From an uncultured delta proteobacterium (lineage in GTDB: Bacteria > Desulfobacterota > Syntrophia > Syntrophales > UBA4778), in the NCBI GenBank assembly GCA_963784735.1, contig CAWASK010000001.1:426020-490019 (forward strand): DNA of 64,000 bases, written 5' to 3'. The position numbers and the translations under genes were made by a program. Each line of letters starts with the position of its first letter. Position 1 is the first letter of the stretch. Shown here in pieces: positions 31,567-42,050 of this stretch. The notes beneath the pieces are model-generated. The model made no database searches and was not told the DNA's origin. It saw nothing but the letters and a program-made list of their open reading frames with translations.

Positions 31567-32143
31567 TTATGTGTTCTTGGCGACGGAAACCTTGGCCGGC
31601 CTTAAAAGCCTGCCGTTGAGAAGGTAGCCCTTTTCAAATTCCTCGACGATCTTGTTATCATTCTCTGCGTTTCCCTCGACGCGCATGACGGCCTCGTGCA
31701 TAGTTGGGGTCAAATTCCCGGTCCTTTGTTTCAAAGGTTCCACGCCGTACTTGGTCAGGAGTTCTTTAATTGTCCCTGGATCATATCCAGGCCTTCGAGG
31801 AAAGAGTCGAAGTCCCTGGAGTTTCCCGCGTGCTCGCGGGCCCTTTCCATGTTGTCGAGGACGCGAAAGAAGGTCCTTCAGGATATTCTCATTCGCGTAT
31901 TTTATATAATCCGGCCCGTTCCTTGGCCGCGCGTTTCTTATAATTTTCCAGGTCGGCGACCGCCCTCAAATACTTGTCGTAGTTTGCCGCAGCTTCCTTT
32001 TGTTTTTCCTCCAGCTGTTCCTGTAGATCGTACTGTCTCCGGCTTGCTTCTCCTCGGCATTGGCCTGGCCTGCGGCGCTTTCTTTATTTTCGGGTGATGT
32101 TTTTCACCCTGGTGGTCTTTCTTCATTTTCCAAAACACTCCGA

Positions 32144-32147
<4 letters not shown>
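31567..32147 (-). CDS. grpE: nucleotide exchange factor GrpE (several apparent frameshifts)
   Basis: Frame-corrected translation gives ...[15 protein letters not shown]... and the C-terminal ...[20 protein letters not shown]. It lies directly upstream of dnaK. The ATG overlaps the stop of the preceding gene (ATGA). Confidence 0.7.
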
Positions 32148-32748
<601 letters not shown>

Positions 32749-32791
32749 TTAAAAGGATTGTCCCGCGCAGGATTTTCCGCGATTTCTATCT

Positions 32792-32819
32792 AATATAAGA
32801 ACGGCCCCCCCACTGTCAA
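32792..32819 (-). promoter_or_regulatory. sigma70-like promoter for the SIS-grpE-dnaK operon
   Basis: On the - strand: TTGACA (32819-32814), a 16-nt spacer, then TATATT (32797-32792), about 55 nt upstream of the ATG at 32735. Motif-only prediction. Confidence 0.35.
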
Positions 32820-32907
32820 GGAAGCGGGGCTAAAAAAGGGTTCTTTTTATAAGAGCCTAGCATAAAAACCAGTATTTTTTAGTGAAATTGAGGCACTTGG
32901 GAGGGAT

Positions 32908-34907
32908 TCAGGAATATGCTTTTTCCGTGTCGGCCAAGTTCGGCCGATTTACCCGGATTGAGGCTGGAGCTGCGGGCGAAATATCCGGTGACCTTGCTGA
33001 TGATTTCGATTTCCCCTGCCGAGGACCGGGGGCACTAGGTGAAATGCCCGGCAAGGTCTTCAGACATGCAAACAGCCCGTGAAAACAGGGGCGAATGTCA
33101 GCTGCCAGATTGCCCGTTTCAAAGAAGAGTCTTAGCGTCCGGCATGTTTGCGAGCTCTCCGCGACTCCTTGACCGGAAGCCCGGAACAGGCCCCTTCGAA
33201 AAGCTTGTGGAAGATGCCTTCTATGCGGACCTCTTTCCGGGGTCCAGGCCAAGCGCCGAGGGCAGGCATGCGGAATCGGAATAATACACCGCCTCCCCTG
33301 GCCAGTTGCCCCTGATAAATCTCGCGGATTCCGGAGAGAACTTTTTCAGGTCGAGCCTGGCGAATTTGTACGAAGCGCTCTCGGCGGGCGTCTGCCCCAG
33401 GAGGACCTTAAGCCGTGCTTTTTCGCGAGCGCGTCAGTCTTTTTTCTGATAAAATGAGATCACTCCAGGCAGAAATCGATCGGCTTCGCGTCTTTTTCAA
33501 ACCAAACGCCTTTATGGATTTGGCAAAGCTCGGCCAGACCGGCGATTGACCGATTAGTAGCCGCTTTTTCATCTTCAGGTACGGTTCGCCGTCCTTCTTT
33601 ATAGTCAGGAATGACAGGGGGCCCTGCTCTTCGCCCAGGAGCCTGCATGAAGTCCGCCTTTTCGGCATGGGCCCGGACGGCGGTTTCCAGCATATTTTCG
33701 ATAGCCGCAAAAAGCTTCGCATCGCTTTCGCCGCCAGGAATCCGGCCCTCGCCAGGTTGATGGTCACATTCTGGATCAGGGCGAGGCGCATTCTCCACGG
33801 TTCGGCCCCCGAGGCGACTTTGCCGCCGGGCAGTGACGAGTGCTTTTCCCGGTCAAAAATGAAATGCGGATTGCCGGTCTTTGCCGCGGCTTCGCAGCCC
33901 TGGAGCAAAAATCCCCTGTTTTCGGGCAAAAAAGTCTGTTTCGTCAGATGGATAAGGGGGATGGGGAAAAAAAACGGACGGCCCCTGGCGTCGCCTTCCT
34001 TGAACACTTCCAGCACGGCCGGGCGAACCTCCGTGCATCCGGCAGGTAGTGGGAATATTTTCTGCCCGTCTCCACGCCGCCGGGGCCGATGGCCCGGCCG
34101 TCCGCAAATGGGCCGGTACGTCCCAGTAAATGTCCATGGAGGACACATGAGCTGCCCGCCCCGCGCCGTGGCGAGCTGGGAGAATTCGAAGACCAGCATC
34201 TGGGCGAGCTGTTTTATGGCGTTGTCGCTCATGCCCGCCAGGTATGGGGCAAAAAGGATGTTGACGGCGTCCCACCGCACCCAGCTCGAGAAGTTCCCCT
34301 GGAGGGCCGCGCTGAACCTGACCATGTGGGCCAGGAGGACCTCGGCATGCTTTGCGGGGTCGGCCACCGAAAACCAGTCCGGCAGGTCGAGCCCGAACTT
34401 CTTCACGTATTCAAGGGACTGGAAGACGCTGCGGGGACGGTCGATATAGCCCAGGTCGTGGATGTGGATGTCCCCGGAGATATGGGCCTCGGCAACTTCC
34501 GGCGAGAAGACATTCGTGAGGGCATATTCGCGCTTGATGCCTTCGGCCAGGGCGAGGTTGGTGCCCTCCGGCCAGTGGGGCACGTTGGCATTTTCCTTGT
34601 TGCGGTGAATGATCAGGTCCTGGACGTCATAGAGCGGGAAACCCAGGCGGGCATGCATGCGCCGGGCCTTCTCGAGGCCCCTCTCCACGAGCCTGGCGTT
34701 GACGAGCTCGCGGACGAGCGAAGCGGTGAGGGTGGCTATGCCCGAAGAGAATATCTGCTTTTCGACCTCGCGGCTGATCTCCTCGGCGGTTTCCAGGGGT
34801 ATCGCGGCCTCGCGGATCAGGGCGTCAATGATCCTCTGGCGGTTCCACTGGACGATTTCCTCCCCCGAAGTCCTGACGAAAAGGGTGATATCGGTTATTT
34901 CGCGCAT
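32908..34907 (-). CDS. nrdD: anaerobic (class III) ribonucleoside-triphosphate reductase NrdD (many apparent frameshifts; alternative start 34961)
   Basis: N-terminal ATP-cone-like VRTSGEEIVQWNRQRIIDALIRE, then HIHDLGY, then LLGQTPAESASYKFARLDLKKF. The C-terminal FAPVFTGC...CPRC-like Zn site and the glycyl-radical motif SKVTGYFA (about 32975-32998) are followed by NPGKSAEL. Confidence 0.75.
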
Positions 34908-35036
34908 GATCACAGGCCCCTTTGGCTTCGGAATGGCGGAAAAAACATTCCGTAAAGGCATGCTCTCTATGCCAAGGCGGGAATAATGTCAATAAGCAAC
35001 AATGCGGCCCGGGGCATGCTGCGGATCGAAATCTGT

Positions 35037-36023
35037 CTAAGACAATGGAGTAAGCCCGGGACGGTCAGGGCTAGGACCCGGGAGCCCTTTGCGGCCCGTA
35101 TAGGCTTTCCAGAAAGTCATTATCCTCACTGCCGCAATGGCGATAAAAATCCGGGGGAGCCATAGCCACAGGGGCGACAGGCCCAGGGACAGGAAGAGCG
35201 AGGGGTCTTCAACCATCGAATGGTTGATCCCGATGGACAGCTGGAGGGTTTCAAGTTCATCGCTGCTGAGGTGCCCGGCCCGGGCCTCTTCAACGATGAC
35301 GGCCCCCCCGTAGGCCAGCCCGAAGACGACAGCCGTGATCCAGAGGAGGCCCACTTTTTCGCTCAGGCCCATTACCCGCAGCAGGGGCGTAAAAAATCTG
35401 ACAATCGGCATTTATCCAGCCAAACGCCTTGATGATTTCCAGCGCCGTGAGGATTGTCATTATTATGAGGAAATATCTTCAGGGCCAGCGCGGCGGTCTC
35501 TAGTTGCCCATTTTCCGGCCATGGTGAAAAACGGCACTGATTGAGCCGCAGCCGGGACCGCGGAAGCGGTTCCCGCAGTGCCGGTGTCGAGAAGCTGGGC
35601 GAGGATGATGACAGTTATGCAGGCTGTCACGATCCTGATGGTCGTAGCCTTGAACGCGGGCAGGCCGGACTTGCCCTGGATTATCCCCTCCTGGATCAGG
35701 TTATGGGCGATCAGCAGGAAGTTGGCCATGAGGATCATCTGGCCGTAGGTGAAAGGCAGGACGGCCATCGCGGCAATGCCGCCGTATATTCCCGCCAGCA
35801 TCCCTATCAGGAGCGGGAGGGCGGCCATCCCGGGGAGGCTCAACAGCCCCATCGCGGGCTGGACGATAAAGTCCAGCAGGGTGAGGACCCCGCTCCAGTC
35901 AAGCAGCGATATCAAAAAGGAAACGGGCACGACGATCTTCATTATCCAGATGAAGCCGTTCCAGCCTTTCCGCAAGCCCGCAATTGCGGATTCCCTCAGG
36001 AGATTGGTCCCGTTTTCAGCCAT
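35037..36023 (-). CDS. nucleoside-recognition-domain membrane protein (SpmA/SpmB/FeoB-gate-like; 1-2 apparent frameshifts)
   Basis: ORFs 35463-36023 and 35037-35411 are both polytopic and together resemble a single protein of about 320 aa containing the nucleoside recognition (Gate) domain. Confidence 0.65.
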
Positions 36024-36029
36024 CGAGTG

Positions 36030-36473
36030 TCAGAGTATCGAATCAAGGGCGCGCTCCAGCTCCCTTATGTCCATGACGCCCACCAGAGTTTTCACCACGC
36101 TGCCGTGCCTGAACAGGATGAGGGTGGGGGTCCCCCGCACGCCATACCGGGCCGCAGTCGCCGGGTTTGCGTCCACGTTGATTTTCCCGACCCTGACGCG
36201 TCCCGCGTACTCGGCGGCAATCTCATCGATTACCGGTGCCAGCATCCTGCAGTACCCGCACCGGGGGGAATCGAATTCCACGAGGATCGGCCCGGGAAAA
36301 GAGAGCGCTTCCCGGTTAAAATTGGAGTCTGTTAACTCAATGGGGCTGGCCATGTCAAGGGGAAGCAGGGTATGGCATTTCCCGCAGCGCGCGGCCTCGT
36401 GCCGCCTGCTTTCGGGCACCCTGTTTTTTGTCCCGCAATGGGGGCAGGTTATGATGATGAAGCCCCGGCTCAT
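36030..36473 (-). CDS. thioredoxin with N-terminal zinc-ribbon (Trx2-like), active site CGYC
   Basis: MSRGFIIITCPHCGTKNR...CGKCH Zn-ribbon followed by a thioredoxin fold (ILVEFDSPRCGYCRMLAP...GVRGTPTLILF). The ATG overlaps the frame-corrected TGA of the upstream gene. Confidence 0.8.
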   Translation of the reverse strand: MSRGFIIITCPHCGTKNRVPESRRHEAARCGKCHTLLPLDMASPIELTDSNFNREALSFPGPILVEFDSPRCGYCRMLAPVIDEIAAEYAGRVRVGKINVDANPATAARYGVRGTPTLILFRHGSVVKTLVGVMDIRELERALDSIL

Positions 36474-37419
36474 GCGTGGTTCCTCAACTGCAGCTCGATC
36501 GGGTGCGGGTTGAGGTAGACCTGGCTCCTGGAGGTACGGCTTGTCGTATTTCCTGACAAAATGGGCTATCAGGGTCACGGGGACGATCAGGGGGAGGGAC
36601 CCCTTGCGGTACATGGCGATGACTTCGAGGATCTCCTGCTTCTCGTCATGGGTCAGGTCGCGTTTGAAATAGCCCAGCATGTGCTCGAGGACATTTGAGT
36701 TTTTCCGGGGGGTCGCCTTGAGCCGCAGGGCCTCCATGAGCGCGGCCTGGTATTCTTCCCGGAGCAGCCCCGGGGGGATCTTCCCCGCCCGTGCCACGAG
36801 TTTTCCCATGGCGCGGTAATGGGTCTCGCTGTGCGACAGGATCAGGAGCTTGTGCCGCGTATGGAAGTCCACGACCCCGGCCGGGGCCTTGTCCGTCTCG
36901 GACCACCGCTTCCAGACAAAGATCCGCTCGATGAAGTTTTCGCGGATCTCCGGGTCATGGAGCCTGCCCTCGTCCTCCACGGGGATCAGGGGGAAACGCT
37001 CCATGAAGATGCGGGCGAAAATGCCGGAGCCGGTCTTGGAAAAAGCCCCCGGGCCTAGAATAGACCCTGACCCTTTCCATGCCGCTCGACGGGGAGCCGC
37101 TCTTGAAGACGAACCCGCACAGCCCCTCTCCTGCCAACTCCTCCATGCGCCGGTGCGCCCAATCCACCATGGTCCCGGTAAAGTCCGTCCCGGTCTTTAT
37201 CCCGACGAGGCGCGGCCTTGCCGGGTCGCCGGCAAGATGCATTGCCTCCCGGGGCACCCCCAGCCCGGCCTCCACTTCGGGGCAGACGGGCACGAATTCC
37301 ACGTACCTGCCCAGGATGTCCCTCAGAAAGGTGTCCAGCTTGTGGCCCCCGTCATAGCGGACTTTTGCCCCGAGCAGGCAGGAGCTGATGCCGAGCCTGA
37401 TTTTTTCCTGCTGTTCCAT
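36470..37419 (-). CDS. DUF523-DUF1722 fusion protein (YbgA-like; 2 apparent frameshifts)
   Basis: N-terminal LGISSCLLGAKVRYDGGHK (DUF523) and C-terminal DUF1722 blocks. Removing one base near 36520 restores the family-typical ...YLQEQVYLNPHPIELQLRNHA-stop ending. Confidence 0.7.
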
Positions 37420-37469
37420 CGTTTAATCCTATTTTAAAAAAGGCAAAAACGCAATTGGGGGCCGCACTT

Positions 37470-37925
37470 TAACTTTACCGAGCCCCCGGAGCGGTCGGGC
37501 TTCATTCCTGCGGTCTGTGTCTGCTTCACGTCACCGCCGTGCATAATGACATAAGTGGTCGAATTGTGAACCAGCCAATCAGCCCTCCGGAATAAATCCC
37601 GCCCGCTCCTCACGCTATAGTTTTTTTTATTTTTTCAGTGTTGGGCAGGCGGGCGGGGGAGGGAATTTCCCGCAGGCGAATCGGGGATTTTGCCGAAGGC
37701 AAAAGACCTTGAGCCGAAGGGAAGTTCCCTCACACTCCCGCCAAAACGTGCTTTGGTTTATGGAATTATTTTAAGCCTTACCGAGCCCCCGGAGCGGTCG
37801 GGCTTCATTCCTCGGGCCGTGTCTGCTTCACGTCACCGCCGTGCATGATGACATAAGTGGTTGAAATGTGAACCAGCCAATCAGCCCTCCGGAATAAATC
37901 CCGCCCGCTCCTCACGCCGTATTCC
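37470..37925 (-). repeat. bipartite hairpin repeat, locus D: M2 (37488-37609), M1 (37648-37742), M2 (37791-37911)
   Basis: Reverse complement of loci A and B. It lies between two co-directional - strand genes (the glycosyltransferase stop and the ybgA-like start). Confidence 0.9.
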
Positions 37926-37972
37926 CTTTGTGGTATCTGCTCTGGACCGGCTTGTTATTGCGCTGCCTTCGG

Positions 37973-39059
37973 TCAGGATCCGCAGGCCATTTCTTCCAGG
38001 AATCTTGCGGCAGTGCGGAGGCTCTGTTCCCAGGTGGGGAGGGACAGAGAGAAATGGCGCGCGGCGATGCCCATCTCCATGAGGAGTTTCCTGTCTGCGT
38101 GGAGCGCGCCAAGGTGTCGGGCGAGGGTGGCATCGTCGCCCGGCTTGACGAGGAAGCCGTTCAAGCCATGCTGGACGATTTCCGGGACGCCCCCCACGCG
38201 GCAGCCGATCGCCGGGAGGCCGAACCCCATGGCCTCGGCGTAAATGATCCCGTAGCCCTCGTAGGAGGAGGGCACCGCGAGGACATGGGCCTGGTCGAGG
38301 AGGACCTCCAGGATATCGTCCTCAACGTGCCCGAGCACTTCTATGCGGGTATCGAGCCCATTGTCCCGGATCCGCCGCTTTATTTCCCCCGCATATTGCG
38401 GGTCGAATTCCCAGCCTCCCGCAATGGACAGCCTCCAGTCCCCGTAGGGGACTTTCCTCAACCCGGAAATCAGGGTGTGGAGGCCTTTCCGGGGGATGAT
38501 GTTCCCCGCGAACAGGACCCTCAGGGGCCCGGGCTCAAGGGACTTTTTCTTCAGGCTTTCCTCGTCGAAGCGGTGTTCGAAGCGGTCGGCGCCGGGCGGG
38601 GCGATGATGAACGGCCTGTCCGAACCCGTCAGGTTCCTTATGGAGACGTAAGTCGCCTTGCTGTTGAGCACGAAACCGTCCACGCCGGCGAGGTACATGT
38701 CCTCGTGGAACATGGCCCGGCATGTGTCCGCGATCGCTCCTTCCTCGCTGCAGCGCAGGTGGTGGACGATCGAGGCTATCGGGACCCCCCATTGCCTGAG
38801 CCAGGGATTCAGCCTGCACAGCACGGGGTGGGCCAGTTCGTCCTGCAGGATGAGGTCATAGTCGTCCGGGTCCAGCTGCCGGACCCGGGCCCATACGGAA
38901 TCCAGCTGGGCTTCCGACGGGTAATAGTCGAGCCAGGGGAGCGAGCACGATATCGACCCGGTGGCCGGCAGCGCGGAGGTGTCCCACGAGTTTCCTGTCA
39001 TAGAGGAAACCGCCCGAATTCATCTCGAGGCTGCCGAAGAGGAAGAAAACGATCCGCAT
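37973..39059 (-). CDS. GT4-family (GT-B) glycosyltransferase (1 apparent frameshift near 38950)
   Basis: N-terminal MRIVFFLFGSLEMNSGG and the C-terminal E-x7-E region VPSSYEGYGIIYAEAMGFGLPAIG...PEIV. Confidence 0.8.
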
Positions 39060-39089
39060 GTCCGCCTTGCCTTTCGCGGCCCGCAGGGC

Positions 39090-39479
39090 TTAAGCCTTTT
39101 CAGGCTGCAGTTCGATCCGGTAAGACGCCCAGGCCTCGTCGCTCTCCCAGAGCCTGATTTCCATGAATCTGGCGTTTGCCGGGTTGATCTTTTCGCAGAG
39201 CCGTTCGCAGATGACCCGGGCCAGGTTCTCGATGCTGGGGTTAAGGCCCTTCAGGTCCGGCAGGTTGTTCAGGTACTGGTCCTGGTATTTCCCGAGCAGG
39301 CCGTCCAGGGTATGTCTGAGTTCCACGATATCGAATACATAGCCCCTTTCGTCGACGCGCTCGCCGCCGACCCGGGCCTCCACGCAGTAATCGTGCGAAT
39401 GCGGCTCCCGCTCCCCCGGGGGGCCCCCGGGGATATGGTGCCTGGCTATGAACCGCCTCTTCAGGCCAAGTTCGTACAT
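39090..39479 (-). CDS. 6-pyruvoyl-tetrahydropterin synthase / QueD family protein (variant lacking the usual Cys before the H-x-H motif)
   Basis: 129-aa ORF. FIARHH...PHSHDY provide the Zn-ligand histidines, with a downstream ...GYVFDIVEL... block typical of COG0720. Confidence 0.8.
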   Translation of the reverse strand: MYELGLKRRFIARHHIPGGPPGEREPHSHDYCVEARVGGERVDERGYVFDIVELRHTLDGLLGKYQDQYLNNLPDLKGLNPSIENLARVICERLCEKINPANARFMEIRLWESDEAWASYRIELQPEKA

Positions 39480-39489
39480 TGCGGCCTCC

Positions 39490-40473
39490 TCAATTGTTGT
39501 AGGTCAGGATGACTCCTATGGTGCTTTCCGTTTTATCCAGTTGCTCGTAAGCTGCTGCCGCCCTGGGGAAAGGGACGCGGTGGGTTATGAGCCTGTCGGT
39601 ATTGGTAATCTTCAACATCTTCCAGGCTTCCTTGATGCGGCGCTGCTTGGACCAGCGACCGGTCAGTGCGGGGGCGATGCTGCTCACCTGGCTGCTTATG
39701 AGGTTTATGCGCTTGCGGTGAAAGTCGCCCCCCAGCCCCGGGTCGCCGCCCCTTGTCCCGTACCAGGAACCGATGACGACCCTGGCCCCGAACCCGCAAA
39801 TCGACACCGCCTGCTTGAGCGTCTCGGGCCTGCCGGAGAGCTCGTAGACCAGGTCCGCCCCGTTGCGGCCGTATTCCGCGGGATGGCTGCTCAGGTGGGC
39901 GCCCATCCGCAGTGATTCGGCGCGGCGCCGCGGCGACGGCTCGATGGTGACGAGCCTGGAAAGTGGGAACCGGGAAAGGACGGCGGTGAGGAGCAGGCCC
40001 AGGAGCCCCTGCCCGAAGATGACCACCTCCTCGCCGATCAGCGGCCCCCCGTCGAGGGCCAGGTTGACGGCGGTCTCCATGAGGGGGAGCAGGCAGGCCT
40101 TTTCCAGGGGGATGCCCCTGGGAATGGTGACAAGCTCTTCGGGGCGGGCATAAAAGTGGGACTCGTGGGGGTTCAACCCGACGACTGCGAGGCCTTTCCA
40201 GTGCCTTAAGTCATCCGGCGCCTCCATCACTTTCCCGGCACAGGCGTACCCGTATTTGAACGGGTATTCGAAGCTGCCCTGCAGGGCGGACAGGGTGCCG
40301 TCGAGGGCCATGCCCTGCGGCGCTTCCCCCCTGTAGATGAGGTTTTCCGTCCCGGGGCTGATGGCGCTCATCTCGCTCTGGACGAGCACCTCGCCGGGCC
40401 CGGGCTCGCCCAGAGCCTCTTCGCGGACCTCCACTTTGCCGCCGGCGGTGAAGTACAGGGATCGTCTGTTCAT
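39490..40473 (-). CDS. zinc-type (MDR superfamily) alcohol dehydrogenase-like oxidoreductase
   Basis: Intact 327-aa ORF with a GroES-like N-terminal domain (ISPGTE), a Rossmann VVIFGQGLLGLL motif and the typical family length. Confidence 0.75.
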   Translation of the reverse strand: MNRRSLYFTAGGKVEVREEALGEPGPGEVLVQSEMSAISPGTENLIYRGEAPQGMALDGTLSALQGSFEYPFKYGYACAGKVMEAPDDLRHWKGLAVVGLNPHESHFYARPEELVTIPRGIPLEKACLLPLMETAVNLALDGGPLIGEEVVIFGQGLLGLLLTAVLSRFPLSRLVTIEPSPRRRAESLRMGAHLSSHPAEYGRNGADLVYELSGRPETLKQAVSICGFGARVVIGSWYGTRGGDPGLGGDFHRKRINLISSQVSSIAPALTGRWSKQRRIKEAWKMLKITNTDRLITHRVPFPRAAAAYEQLDKTESTIGVILTYNN

Positions 40474-40474
40474 C

Positions 40475-41165
40475 TCAGCTCCAGGTTGGCTTCCCGATAA
40501 TTACGATATCCTCCCCCAGGATCTGCTGGCTCAGGTTGCCGAGCTTCGGCAGCTTGACGGGATTGATCCGCCGCCCCGTTTCAAAGGCCCTCACGCCCCC
40601 GATAAGGACAGGTGCTATCGTGATGATGAACTGGTCGATGAGCCGCGAGGCAAGGAAACTTGTTATGACCTGCGCGCCCCCCTCCACCAGGACGGAAAGG
40701 ATTCCCCATTTCCCTGAGCTTCCTGAGAACGGCCATGAGGTCCAGATTGCCGTCGGGGACGGACGAAGCCGTGAAAATCTCGGCCCCGGCGCTCCTCAGA
40801 GTGCTCATCCGCGCCGGGTCCGCCCTGCCGTTGGTGAATATCCAGGGCCGCCTGGCGGGGTTCTCCAGCATGGGGGAAAAAAGGGGGAACCGCAGGCGGC
40901 TGTCCAGGATGACGGGCTGCGGGTTCTCGCCGGCGGCATACCTGACTGTCAGGGCGGGGTTGTCGGCCAGCACGGTCCCGATGCCGACGAGAATTGCGCC
41001 GTGCGCGGCCCTGATCGCGTGGGTCAGGGACAGGGAAAGCTCCCCGCTCAGGCTCAGCGGATGGTCCGGGAACTCCGCGATGCTGCCGTCGATGCTCTGG
41101 GCATAGCTGACGGTGACGAAGGGGCGGTCCTCGAGACCCCCTGATGCCTGCCTGGAGGCGTTCAC
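40475..41165 (-). CDS. RibD C-terminal-domain reductase (diaminohydroxyphosphoribosylaminopyrimidine reductase / DHFR-like fold; 1 apparent frameshift near 40690)
   Basis: PFVTVSYAQSIDGSIA, GTVLADNPALTVR and SVLVEGGAQVITSFL blocks. The stop lies 1 nt before the dehydrogenase start. Confidence 0.75.
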
Positions 41166-41222
41166 CGAGATTTTCGATTATGGATGGGATTTCACCGCTT
41201 GGCACATTGACACCCTTTCGTG

Positions 41223-42050
41223 TTATCTTTTGCCGGCGTGTTCCATCTGGAGCAGGCGGGTAACTGCCTCTTCCGGCACGGGGTTGCGGAATATCACCCT
41301 CTCAGCTTCGCGCACCTTCCGCGCGTCGTCCCTGTATATGACCCCGATGGGTATCCTCTCACCCCAGGTCTCGGCCGTCCTCATCGCCTCATAACGGTCG
41401 CTGACCGGCTCCACCTTGTATACCCGGTTGCGGTAAAATGAATAGGTGTTGACCTTGTTGAAGCTGACACACGGCTGGAATATGTCCACCACGGATGTCC
41501 CCTTGAAGAGGATGGCTTCTCTGAGCACTTCCTTGAGGTGGGGCATGTCGGCCGAAAAGGCCCGTGCCACGAAGGGCGCCCCCATTGCTATCGCCAGGGA
41601 TACGGGGTTCAGGGGGGCGTTGGGGTTCCCGCCCGGGTCCAGGTTGTTGCGGACCCCGGTGTCCGTCGTCGGGGCGCTCTGCCCCTTGGTCAGCGCGTAG
41701 ACTTTGTTGTCGCTGGTGAGGATGGTGATGTCGAGGTTGCGGCGGATCGTGTGGATGAAATGGTTTCCGCCCTCGCCGTAATTGCAGCCGTCTCCCGAAT
41801 ACGCTATGACCGTCAGGTCCGGGCGGGCGATCTTGATTCCCACCGCAGGCGGCAGGGCCCTGCCGTGCAGGCCGTTGAAGTAGCTCACGCCCTTCAGGTA
41901 ATGGGGCATTTTGGCGGCCTGCCCGATCCCCGAAGTGAACACGATCTTTTCGCGGGGGACCGGCAGCTCCCCCAGAAGTTCGTTGAGTGTGTTGGCGATC
42001 TCGAAATTGCCGCACCCCGGGCACCAGGCCGCTTCTCTCGGTGTTATCAT
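41223..42050 (-). CDS. 2-oxoacid:ferredoxin oxidoreductase, beta (TPP-binding) subunit
   Basis: WCPGCGNF and GDGCNYGEGGNHFIHTIRRN motifs in an intact 275-aa ORF. Confidence 0.9.
   Translation of the reverse strand: MITPREAAWCPGCGNFEIANTLNELLGELPVPREKIVFTSGIGQAAKMPHYLKGVSYFNGLHGRALPPAVGIKIARPDLTVIAYSGDGCNYGEGGNHFIHTIRRNLDITILTSDNKVYALTKGQSAPTTDTGVRNNLDPGGNPNAPLNPVSLAIAMGAPFVARAFSADMPHLKEVLREAILFKGTSVVDIFQPCVSFNKVNTYSFYRNRVYKVEPVSDRYEAMRTAETWGERIPIGVIYRDDARKVREAERVIFRNPVPEEAVTRLLQMEHAGKR

Noticed and set aside
36030-37004. An apparent 324-aa DUF1722-thioredoxin fusion ORF.
   Set aside because: Removing a single extra base near 36520 restores the family-typical DUF1722 ending (...YLNPHPIELQLRNHA-stop) and an ATGA stop/start overlap with an independent thioredoxin gene. 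The fusion is an indel artefact.
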